From assembly GCA_965369865.1 (NCBI GenBank), contig CBDURU010000118.1:1-10827 (forward strand): DNA of 10,827 nucleotides. Direction: 5' to 3'. This DNA is from an uncultured bacterium (GTDB lineage Bacteria; JAJVIF01; JAPKYR01). A model generated the notes under the pieces. It was given only the letters and a program-made list of their open reading frames with translations, ran no database searches and had not been told where the DNA came from. Within the stretch, counting starts at the first letter, position 1. Each line of letters opens with the position of its first letter. The translations under genes and the position numbers were made by a program. This document shows positions 1-7,062 of this stretch, in pieces.

Positions 1-42
1 AAAGGAACCGCCACTTTTTTCAACTAAATTCGGGACTATCTC

Positions 43-72
43 CACCTCTTTTCGCCCGTCGAAAAGCAGGTG
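43..72. other. Intergenic stem-loop
   Basis: CACCT-CTTTTCG (43-54) pairs with CGAAAAG-C-AGGTG (60-72) around a 5-nt loop with one bulge. Function unclear. Confidence 0.4.
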
Positions 73-263
73 TCCCCATCAGTTCTAAATATGCCCAAAA
101 TATACGCGTGCCGTTGACAAGCAAAGTGAGACATCTTCATCCCGCACGCCTTTGAAATTCTTCGGGTCGAACGTGCTTGTCGACGTGATGAATACTAAAT
201 ATGTCCAATCAATTTTTTTTTAAAGGAATTGTTTTTATCATCCGCCATAGTCGCATGCTGCCC

Positions 264-2468
264 CTACGCATACACGCTCTCATGGCCCGAATCCCGGATG
301 AACAGGCACGTCACGTTGGTGTGCTTATAGATTTCCCTGATCTGGTCGGTCGATATCTCACTGCCTAGGCCGAAGATGGCGATGTCGCATTCAGGGAGAT
401 CCTCGAGGTCATCGGGGAATTTGCCGTCGATGATTCTGATCGTGGTTCCCCTCGGCAGGCGGGCCTCTTCGATTAATTCCTCGAAAAATTCGGTCTGAGC
501 CTTGTGATCCTCAGCGGTTTCGGTGAGCGCCACGAGGTTGATCGTTCGGGCGTTCCAGTTGTGATGGAGCCTTAACGCGAGCAGCGTGGCGAGGTTTTTG
601 TTCGGGCTGCGGTCGCGCATGATCACGTTGATGGTCTCCTGGTTTTTCAGCCCCTGTTTCGGATGCCATTTCAGGATCGCGATTCCCATGCCTTCCTCGA
701 TTGCGTAATCGCAAACCTCGAGCACCTTGTTGTCCCGATCCGGGCTGTCGCTCAGGGTGATAAACAGTATATTCGGACGGAAGAACGCCTCCCTCATCGT
801 CTGGATTATGGCGCGCGCTTCCCTCGCGTAGTCGGTGCCCTCGACAACCGATGAGAGGAAGAAAAGTTTGTCCCTTCGTATGGGTTCGAGTGCGATGTTG
901 AGTTTTTCGAGTTTCTTCTGGCGGTCGTTTGGGGTCACGTGGAATGCGATAACGCTGCCGAATGGGAGGATGATATCGTGGACGAGCTTGACGACATTGG
1001 CGGTTTCACTGGGATTTTTTATGGGAACGAGGATGTCGGGCCGCCATGATTTTTCGCTTCTCGGCAGGTGAACAGCCTGCCGTGCCGCCCATCCTGCAAT
1101 GACGGACAATACCCCGCTCCTGACATCGCCCCATCTCCTCTTTAGCTTGGCGCGGGCAAGTAGAAAGTAGATTCCCGATGTGATCAATACCGCTATAATC
1201 CCCGCGACCAGGCTGATCAGGAACATGATGAACACGCACGCGACTGTACCGAAGAGAGGTACCCATATTGGGACCTTGAAAGATGGCCGGAAGCTGACGA
1301 TTCCCATCGCCTGCTCGAGAAATGTGACCAGGTTGACCATCGCATAGGTGATGAGAAAGAACATGGTCAGGAGCCATCCGATTGAGTTCAGCTCGCCTGT
1401 GAGTACAAAGACTACGGCGATCGCACTTGTCACCATGACAGCATTTCGGGGTTGTCCCGTGACGCTTTTCTGGCTGAACCAGTTTGATGCGGGGACAACT
1501 CCATGTTCACCGAGCGCGTAAAGGACCCTTGGTGCTGCGACCATCGAACCGAGCGCGGATGAGAGTGTCGCGGCGAATACCCCGACATAGAACATCCAGC
1601 TTAACAAGCCGGTTTTAAACATAATATTGTAGTCGCTCAGGAGGGTGTTTGCGTCGGCCTGGAAGCTGTACGCGATTGCCCCGCCGCAGTAAACCACGAA
1701 ACCTGTGAGGATCGCGAGCATGGTGCCGAGTGGAATTGAGCGCCGCGCATCCTTCAAATCGCCCGACATACTGACTCCCGCCATGATCCCCGTAACAGCG
1801 GGAAAAAAGATTGCGAACGCGGTCCAGAAGTTCTCGGGATTGTCAGAGGAATCCTGGAATTCGCCCCATAGTATTGGCTGGACATCGGCTGAGTAATTTC
1901 CAAAGAAGAACGAGACAAGCGACACCGCGATACAAGCCATGATCAGGTAATATACCCGGACAGCCCAGTGCGCGCCGATATAAGCGATAACAGTCAGGAT
2001 CGCCCATGTGGTTACCGCGACGATCTGGTGATAGCTCAGAAATGGTGTGTTCTCGATCAACGAGACGAATGCCGGGTTCATTATCGAGTGATCCAGCGGT
2101 ATAAGGTGGACGAATCCCTCGGTGAATCCGGCTATATAGAACGCGGCGGATATTGCCTGGGAGAAATAGAGCGGGATTCCGATAGCCCCGCCGACCTCGA
2201 GTCCGAGCGAACGCGCGATGATGGCGTAGGCTCCCCCGGCGCCTATGTTGATGTTCGTTGTGATTGAGGAGATTGAAAGGCCGGTGGAGATCGTGACCGT
2301 GTGCGCGATAAAGATGATCAGCAACGCCCCTGCAAGCCCGCTGTTGCCGACAAGCCAGCCCAGTCGCAGAAAAAAGATTACGCAGATGATTGTCAGGACG
2401 CTTGGTGTGTAGACGCCGCCGAATGTCCCGAACTTGATCTCTCGATTTCCAATCGGTATCGCAGCCAT
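264..2468 (-). CDS. Cation-chloride cotransporter-like (SLC12/CCC family) APC-superfamily permease with C-terminal cytoplasmic domain
   Basis: 734-aa ORF with about 12 hydrophobic segments followed by a soluble C-terminal region. CCC hallmark motifs: KFGTFGGV...IFFLRLGWLVG (TM1), TGLSISSITTN...GGAYAIIARSLGLEVGGAIG (TM2-3), FAIFFPAVTGIMAGVSMSGDLKD..RSIPLGT (TM6), ATLSSALGSMVAAPRVL (TM8), FFLITYAMVN (TM10), SFRPSF and KSWRPDILV. Confidence 0.92.
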   Translation of the reverse strand: MAAIPIGNREIKFGTFGGVYTPSVLTIICVIFFLRLGWLVGNSGLAGALLIIFIAHTVTISTGLSISSITTNINIGAGGAYAIIARSLGLEVGGAIGIPLYFSQAISAAFYIAGFTEGFVHLIPLDHSIMNPAFVSLIENTPFLSYHQIVAVTTWAILTVIAYIGAHWAVRVYYLIMACIAVSLVSFFFGNYSADVQPILWGEFQDSSDNPENFWTAFAIFFPAVTGIMAGVSMSGDLKDARRSIPLGTMLAILTGFVVYCGGAIAYSFQADANTLLSDYNIMFKTGLLSWMFYVGVFAATLSSALGSMVAAPRVLYALGEHGVVPASNWFSQKSVTGQPRNAVMVTSAIAVVFVLTGELNSIGWLLTMFFLITYAMVNLVTFLEQAMGIVSFRPSFKVPIWVPLFGTVACVFIMFLISLVAGIIAVLITSGIYFLLARAKLKRRWGDVRSGVLSVIAGWAARQAVHLPRSEKSWRPDILVPIKNPSETANVVKLVHDIILPFGSVIAFHVTPNDRQKKLEKLNIALEPIRRDKLFFLSSVVEGTDYAREARAIIQTMREAFFRPNILFITLSDSPDRDNKVLEVCDYAIEEGMGIAILKWHPKQGLKNQETINVIMRDRSPNKNLATLLALRLHHNWNARTINLVALTETAEDHKAQTEFFEELIEEARLPRGTTIRIIDGKFPDDLEDLPECDIAIFGLGSEISTDQIREIYKHTNVTCLFIRDSGHESVYA

Positions 2469-2480
2469 CTGATGGGGGGT

Positions 2481-2486
2481 ATTATA
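2481..2486 (-). promoter_or_regulatory. Putative sigma70 -10 box (TATAAT) for the CCC gene
   Basis: The plus strand reads attata, i.e. TATAAT on the minus strand, with 12 nt between it and the ATG at 2468. No clear -35 box or Shine-Dalgarno sequence. Confidence 0.45.
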
Positions 2487-2500
2487 CTGGAATCATGTGG

Positions 2501-2587
2501 CATGTGCATCCTGCGCATGATCTTCCGTCCCATGTGCTTCCAGCGCATGTTTGATTGGTTTCAAGATACATGCGCCCGAGTCGCATA
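2501..2587. repeat. Three imperfect dyad boxes, consensus CATGYGC-N5-KCGCATR (candidate transcription-factor sites)
   Basis: CATGTGC-ATCCT-GCGCATG (2501-2519), CATGTGC-TTCCA-GCGCATG (2531-2549) and CATGCGC-CCGAG-TCGCATA (2569-2587). Confidence 0.6.
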
Positions 2588-2662
2588 CCGCGGATTTGCA
2601 TTTTACTGATAGTCCTCGTTTCCATCGCATATCTATATTTTGCTCTCAGACCTTATAAAATA

Positions 2663-2690
2663 TTGACAGACCTGAATGACATGGTAAATT
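2663..2690 (+). promoter_or_regulatory. Putative sigma70 promoter of the lipoprotein gene
   Basis: TTGACA at 2663-2668, a 16-nt spacer ending in TGG, then TAAATT at 2685-2690 (extended -10), about 60 nt upstream of the ATG at 2749. Confidence 0.6.
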
Positions 2691-2748
2691 AAAAGTAAGG
2701 TAACTGCCCCCCTCATTACCCCATCTGACTTTTAGAGAGAGTAGGCCA

Positions 2749-5700
2749 ATGAAAACGCACAACATTCTTTTAGCAACAGCTTTAACATTTCTGTTAATCG
2801 GATGTAACGATCCGGGCAAAACCGACCCAATTGTTGCGGATCCTGCAATTCCCCCATCAACGGACGATTCATACATAACTGTCAATTCCGCTGATTCAAA
2901 CAGAATATTTTTTGGATTCTGGACCATCAGTGTTTCCGACAACCACGAGATAGTCGAAGTCGAACCGTTCCGCTCGGTGGACATGCACCTGAATATCCTG
3001 AAATTGCTTGAAGGTGGCCTCTGCGATGATTGCCTGACGATCAGCAATGTGGAAATTCCGGAACCGGGTGAAATCTGGTTCGACATGACAATCAAACATC
3101 CATTTGAAGATAACCTTAACCTGACCTGCTTTGACCCCAGGGGAATATTTATATCGGATGCGGATTACATGTTTCCAATTTCCGGCAGGAGCGTATCCCT
3201 CGATAGCAGCAACATTCGTATCCTGAATCCGGATGGTTACACATCGCTATTCAACGCGATCGAGTTCCCGGAGGACTCTCAACTGCCGCCTGTGCTTAAG
3301 TACTGGACCGGGAAATTTTCAACCGGTGGAATAATGACAGCGACATTGAACCCGTTTATCGCATACTCACAGAACCAGCCGCGTCGCATGTTTCTTCCCG
3401 GAAGCGAGGTTACCAGGACGGTCGTTCTTGGGTTTCCACTGGGCCCGTTTAAGTTTGGTTATGCAATCGATGTGAGCTGGGAACCTCCGGTTGGTGAAGT
3501 AAACGATCCTGAAACGGATTTTCCCCAGGAAGCAAACTGCCTCGAAGCATTTAAAATTGTCCTGGATATTCCTCAACCGTTAACGAACATTCCCGGCGAT
3601 ACAACTCCTGCGTATGTCGAAGTTTTCGATCACCAGGGGCTGGATGGAATAGTGGATGTGACCCTTGAGATCCCGGAGTTAGGTGGTAGCTTGGTTCCAT
3701 TTTCATTTTCGCATGCCACAGGTGAAAATTCATGGCTGTTTGAGGGAATTATTAATAACGAAGCTGGAGCGGTCACCGGGGAATATCCAATCCTGATAAA
3801 GGTGGAAGAAAATGACCAGGATCCTGTCGCGGGGATTTTGAACGCATACGATATAGCCTTGCTTGAAATCATTGAGAGTAAAATCCCTGTTGCTCTGGCT
3901 GGCTTTGAGCCCTCTCCCCAATACATGAATGGACCGGTTCATTTTTTTGATGACGGTTCATACGATCCCGATGGGGGCACGATTGTCACTTACGAATGGG
4001 ACTGGGAGAACGATGGGGTCTTCGATGAGGAAGGAATCGATGTCATTCATTCATGGTCTCTGCCAGGAATATATCAGGTTCAGTTCAGGGTCACAGACGA
4101 TGAAGGCAGCACCGCTGAACTCGCTGAACCCATGGAAGTTGAAATAATCAATACAGGGACTGAATTTACTGATGTCACGCCGGATGGCTTGAATGCTGGA
4201 AGATCGATGATTTTTAGTGAAGGGGAGTGCCTGGCTGTGACAAGAAATGATGGATTTGATTTCTATAACATCAGCGATCCCGTTCGTCCTGTTTGGGTTA
4301 GTAGGGTTCTGGGAATCTACACCGGATATCCCAACCAGACAGTTATTCGAGATGGTTACATGTATGTGGCAGGTGGATTCGGCGATCATTATGAAATTCA
4401 AAATGCGTTAGTAATTATCGATGTTGCAGACGTTAGTACACCTGAAGTTGTAAACATTGTGGATCTTGAATCAGTAGCTTATGGTTATCCGGTTTCGATA
4501 GCCCTGAAAGATAATTATGCTTACATTGGGAACATGAACTGGTGGGGCCTGATACTGGTGAATATTGAAACACCTGAGTCCGCATTTGTAGAAAATGTGC
4601 TCGAGCTGGGCGTGTATTTCAGCTCGATTGAATTTTATGAAGATTTAACGATTGTCGGGCAGGATGGACTGAATTTTCAACCATGTCTGCAGATCTGGGA
4701 TATCGATCCAACCGGCGAGGCTACATACATTAATGGTGTAAATGCAATGTCAATTTTTGGAATTGAAGCCAGTAATGGATACGCATACACATGGGGTGGG
4801 AGTAATGATATTTTTGATATCGACCCGATTGAGGATGCTTATCTTGTCACAGAAATTCCAAATCTTGGGTGGTTTAGTCTAGAAGTTGAAGGGAATTACC
4901 TTTTTGGGACGGTTTCGAACGGCTGGGGAATTTACGATATCGATCCACCGGAAGATGTCAACCTGTTTAAGACAATCGAGTTGTCTGGCACCAATATTTT
5001 CACCACCTTATTGGGTGGCTATGCTTACGTTTGTGCTGACATGGGATTGTACGTCATCGATATTGACCCGGTAGAGCAGGCTGAAATTGTTGATGTTCAA
5101 TTCACTACCTGGGGGTTCAGTTCCGACATTGAGAAGTCTGCTGATATTCTTTATCTATCGAGCGCCTCATTTCCTGGCTCATGGGCGGATGGGTACCTGC
5201 AGGCAGTCGATGTGTCGGATCCTGAGAATCCTGAAGCATACCTGAACGCTGAATTGTCTCATTCGATAAACGAGTTTGAAATTAGCAGCGGTTTTGCATT
5301 CGCAGTGGGCGAGGGCGCGTTACAGGTGATCGATATCAGCATGCCAGGCCAGGAATACACCGCTGCCGAACTGCCAATAAGCAGTGAATCATACGATATT
5401 GACCTCGACGGGGATTTCGCGTATGTGGTAAACGACCAGGGTTTTATGGTCTGTAATATCTCTGACCCCCTTTCACCGTCACTGGAGGCTCAGGTCCCCA
5501 TGATTGGTATCCCGATGATGGTGGAGGTCGAGGACGGTTTCGCTTACATTGGAGTTTTTATCGATCCTTACACTACTGATTTTGCGGTTTTTGATATAAG
5601 CGATTCTATAAATGTGCATGAAGTAAACCGGATTCATATTGCAGGTACACTTAACACTTATCATCACATGGGTAGTATTGCACTTGTCGGATTACACGTT

Positions 5701-5988
5701 CTCGTCAGTGCCGGTGATGTACTCAACATAGTAAATATTGAAACTCCGGAATCTCCCGACCTCGTGAATGTGATGAATTTAATGACTGGCGAGGCATATG
5801 AAATTCACGTCGCCGGAAACCTTGCCTACTTAATTGGTGAGCTTGGGTTGAGAGTCCTTGATATCTCTGATCCGGGTGAACCATATGTAGTCATGTACGA
5901 TGAATCGGTGATCGGTAGAGGGATGGTGCTGGATCCCGATTTCATGTACACAACATGGTTCGGGCTGAAAATCTACCAGGTAATTTAA
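2749..5988 (+). CDS. Large acidic lipoprotein: unknown N-terminal domain + PKD domain + LVIVD-repeat beta-propeller region
   Basis: Signal peptide MKTHNILLATALTFLLIG|C with a lipobox Cys19. PKD motif SYDPDGGTIVTYEWDW...HSWSLPGIYQVQFRVTDDEG at about nt 3885-4150. About 14 repeats of roughly 40 aa resembling (G/D)xYAYV...GL.(V/I)(I/V)D(I/V)SDP from about nt 4200 to the end. Confidence 0.85.
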   Translation: MKTHNILLATALTFLLIGCNDPGKTDPIVADPAIPPSTDDSYITVNSADSNRIFFGFWTISVSDNHEIVEVEPFRSVDMHLNILKLLEGGLCDDCLTISNVEIPEPGEIWFDMTIKHPFEDNLNLTCFDPRGIFISDADYMFPISGRSVSLDSSNIRILNPDGYTSLFNAIEFPEDSQLPPVLKYWTGKFSTGGIMTATLNPFIAYSQNQPRRMFLPGSEVTRTVVLGFPLGPFKFGYAIDVSWEPPVGEVNDPETDFPQEANCLEAFKIVLDIPQPLTNIPGDTTPAYVEVFDHQGLDGIVDVTLEIPELGGSLVPFSFSHATGENSWLFEGIINNEAGAVTGEYPILIKVEENDQDPVAGILNAYDIALLEIIESKIPVALAGFEPSPQYMNGPVHFFDDGSYDPDGGTIVTYEWDWENDGVFDEEGIDVIHSWSLPGIYQVQFRVTDDEGSTAELAEPMEVEIINTGTEFTDVTPDGLNAGRSMIFSEGECLAVTRNDGFDFYNISDPVRPVWVSRVLGIYTGYPNQTVIRDGYMYVAGGFGDHYEIQNALVIIDVADVSTPEVVNIVDLESVAYGYPVSIALKDNYAYIGNMNWWGLILVNIETPESAFVENVLELGVYFSSIEFYEDLTIVGQDGLNFQPCLQIWDIDPTGEATYINGVNAMSIFGIEASNGYAYTWGGSNDIFDIDPIEDAYLVTEIPNLGWFSLEVEGNYLFGTVSNGWGIYDIDPPEDVNLFKTIELSGTNIFTTLLGGYAYVCADMGLYVIDIDPVEQAEIVDVQFTTWGFSSDIEKSADILYLSSASFPGSWADGYLQAVDVSDPENPEAYLNAELSHSINEFEISSGFAFAVGEGALQVIDISMPGQEYTAAELPISSESYDIDLDGDFAYVVNDQGFMVCNISDPLSPSLEAQVPMIGIPMMVEVEDGFAYIGVFIDPYTTDFAVFDISDSINVHEVNRIHIAGTLNTYHHMGSIALVGLHVLVSAGDVLNIVNIETPESPDLVNVMNLMTGEAYEIHVAGNLAYLIGELGLRVLDISDPGEPYVVMYDESVIGRGMVLDPDFMYTTWFGLKIYQVI

Positions 5989-6020
5989 GCGGAGCATCGG
6001 AACTTTACAGTATCCGCGAA

Positions 6021-6509
6021 TCAATGATCTCCGTTACAGGATTCGCCACTTGTCAACGTTCCCTCAATATATTTATCAACCGCCGATGCGATTTCCGTTT
6101 CCTGCGTGACGAAAATCTCCTTATTGTTAGCATTTAAATCGTTCACGATTCTGCGGCCCATTCCGGCAGCGATGACAACCTGGACATCCGCAAGACCTTC
6201 CAGCACGCTCGCGTGTGAAAGCATCCCGCGTCTCGGTTGTCGGGCCCCGGTCCCCTCACCTTTTCCGGCAGGTTCAGGCAAATGAAAATCCTTGGGGGGT
6301 TCACCGGGGACTTCACCAGGAGGTGGTGCGATGGGCAGATCCGGAAGACCAGCCTCTCCTCCGGTGGCCTGGGCTGTGAAAGTGTTAGTCCTCAATCCAA
6401 TACTGGCCGGTTGCCCACCCTCATCAAATTTCCAGATTGAAAAGAATGCACATCGTCCGAAATGCTGCGCGATATGCTTTCCGTCATCGGTTGCCACTGC
6501 AATTAGCAT
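6021..6509 (-). CDS. NifB/NifX family (FeMo-cofactor biosynthesis-like) protein
   Basis: Motifs IAVATDDG..IAQHFGRCAFF and DVQVVIAAGMGRR...L......IFVT...I..AVDKYIEGTL, ending in CNGDH. Shine-Dalgarno GGAGGA (plus-strand tcctcc, 6517-6522) lies 7 nt upstream of the ATG. Confidence 0.88.
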   Translation of the reverse strand: MLIAVATDDGKHIAQHFGRCAFFSIWKFDEGGQPASIGLRTNTFTAQATGGEAGLPDLPIAPPPGEVPGEPPKDFHLPEPAGKGEGTGARQPRRGMLSHASVLEGLADVQVVIAAGMGRRIVNDLNANNKEIFVTQETEIASAVDKYIEGTLTSGESCNGDH

Positions 6510-6626
6510 TTATATGTCCTCCATATCAGACTCGAATGTCAGCGATTAATTGACTTTCTGAAATGCAAATCCCCGCCCTTGGCATTCTACCATACAAACC
6601 ATACTTGATTTCTGAAGCAAAAGGCG

Positions 6627-7007
6627 TTATCCGCCTTTTTCAAGCTCATCGATTCGTTTATGGATATCGTCCATGGCCTGCGTCAGAGCATCGGCCTGGC
6701 TTTTAAGCAACGCCAGCTCCTGCTCGTGCGTCATATCCGGAGCGACAGGCGGTGCTGGATAGTTGCCTGCGGCCCAGCCGGGAACTCCGGTAGCGTAAAA
6801 ACGATTGCGCCATCCGCGTCCCCCGCCTCCGAAGCCACGTCCGTATCCGAGACCGCCACCGAAACCACGTCCCAGACCGAATCCCCCGCCACCCCCGCCG
6901 GGATATCGGTTACTAAATCCGGGCATATTAGAGCCCGAGCAGTATCCTGCGCGACGTCCGGTCATTGGTCCCTGGCCCATTGGGCCTGTTCTATCACCTC
7001 TTGGCAT
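6627..7007 (-). CDS. DUF5320 domain-containing protein (Gly/Arg-rich with C-terminal coiled coil)
   Basis: Characteristic N-terminus MPRGDRTGPMGQGPMTGRRAGYC, a GRGFGGG...GRGWRNRFYATGVPGW segment, and a heptad-like C-terminus ELALLKSQADALTQAMDDIHKRIDELE. Shine-Dalgarno AAGGAG upstream. Confidence 0.9.
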   Translation of the reverse strand: MPRGDRTGPMGQGPMTGRRAGYCSGSNMPGFSNRYPGGGGGGFGLGRGFGGGLGYGRGFGGGGRGWRNRFYATGVPGWAAGNYPAPPVAPDMTHEQELALLKSQADALTQAMDDIHKRIDELEKGG

Positions 7008-7062
7008 AATTTAAACTCCTTTCATGATATTTATCATTAGTTTTTTTATTACCTTGGTTAAT

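Noticed and set aside
114..145. TTGACA at 114-119 as a plus-strand promoter
   Set aside because: No -10 box lies at a suitable spacing and there is no plus-strand gene downstream.
511..2609. Short alternative-frame and antisense ORFs overlapping the CCC gene
   Set aside because: They are shadow ORFs of a GC-rich, well-supported gene and show no recognisable motifs.
5989..6020. Bidirectional terminator between the convergent lipoprotein and NifX genes
   Set aside because: Only a 5-bp GCGGA/TCCGC stem with a long loop and no U-tract is present.
2646..6137. Small ORFs overlapping the lipoprotein gene (e.g. 2646-3095, 3630-3926, 4051-4401)
   Set aside because: They are antisense or out-of-frame to a 1079-aa ORF with clear domain structure.
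6021..6509. Interpreting the NifB/NifX protein as evidence of nitrogen fixation
   Set aside because: There are no nifHDKEN genes or radical-SAM NifB domain in the window, and this family is widespread in non-diazotrophs.
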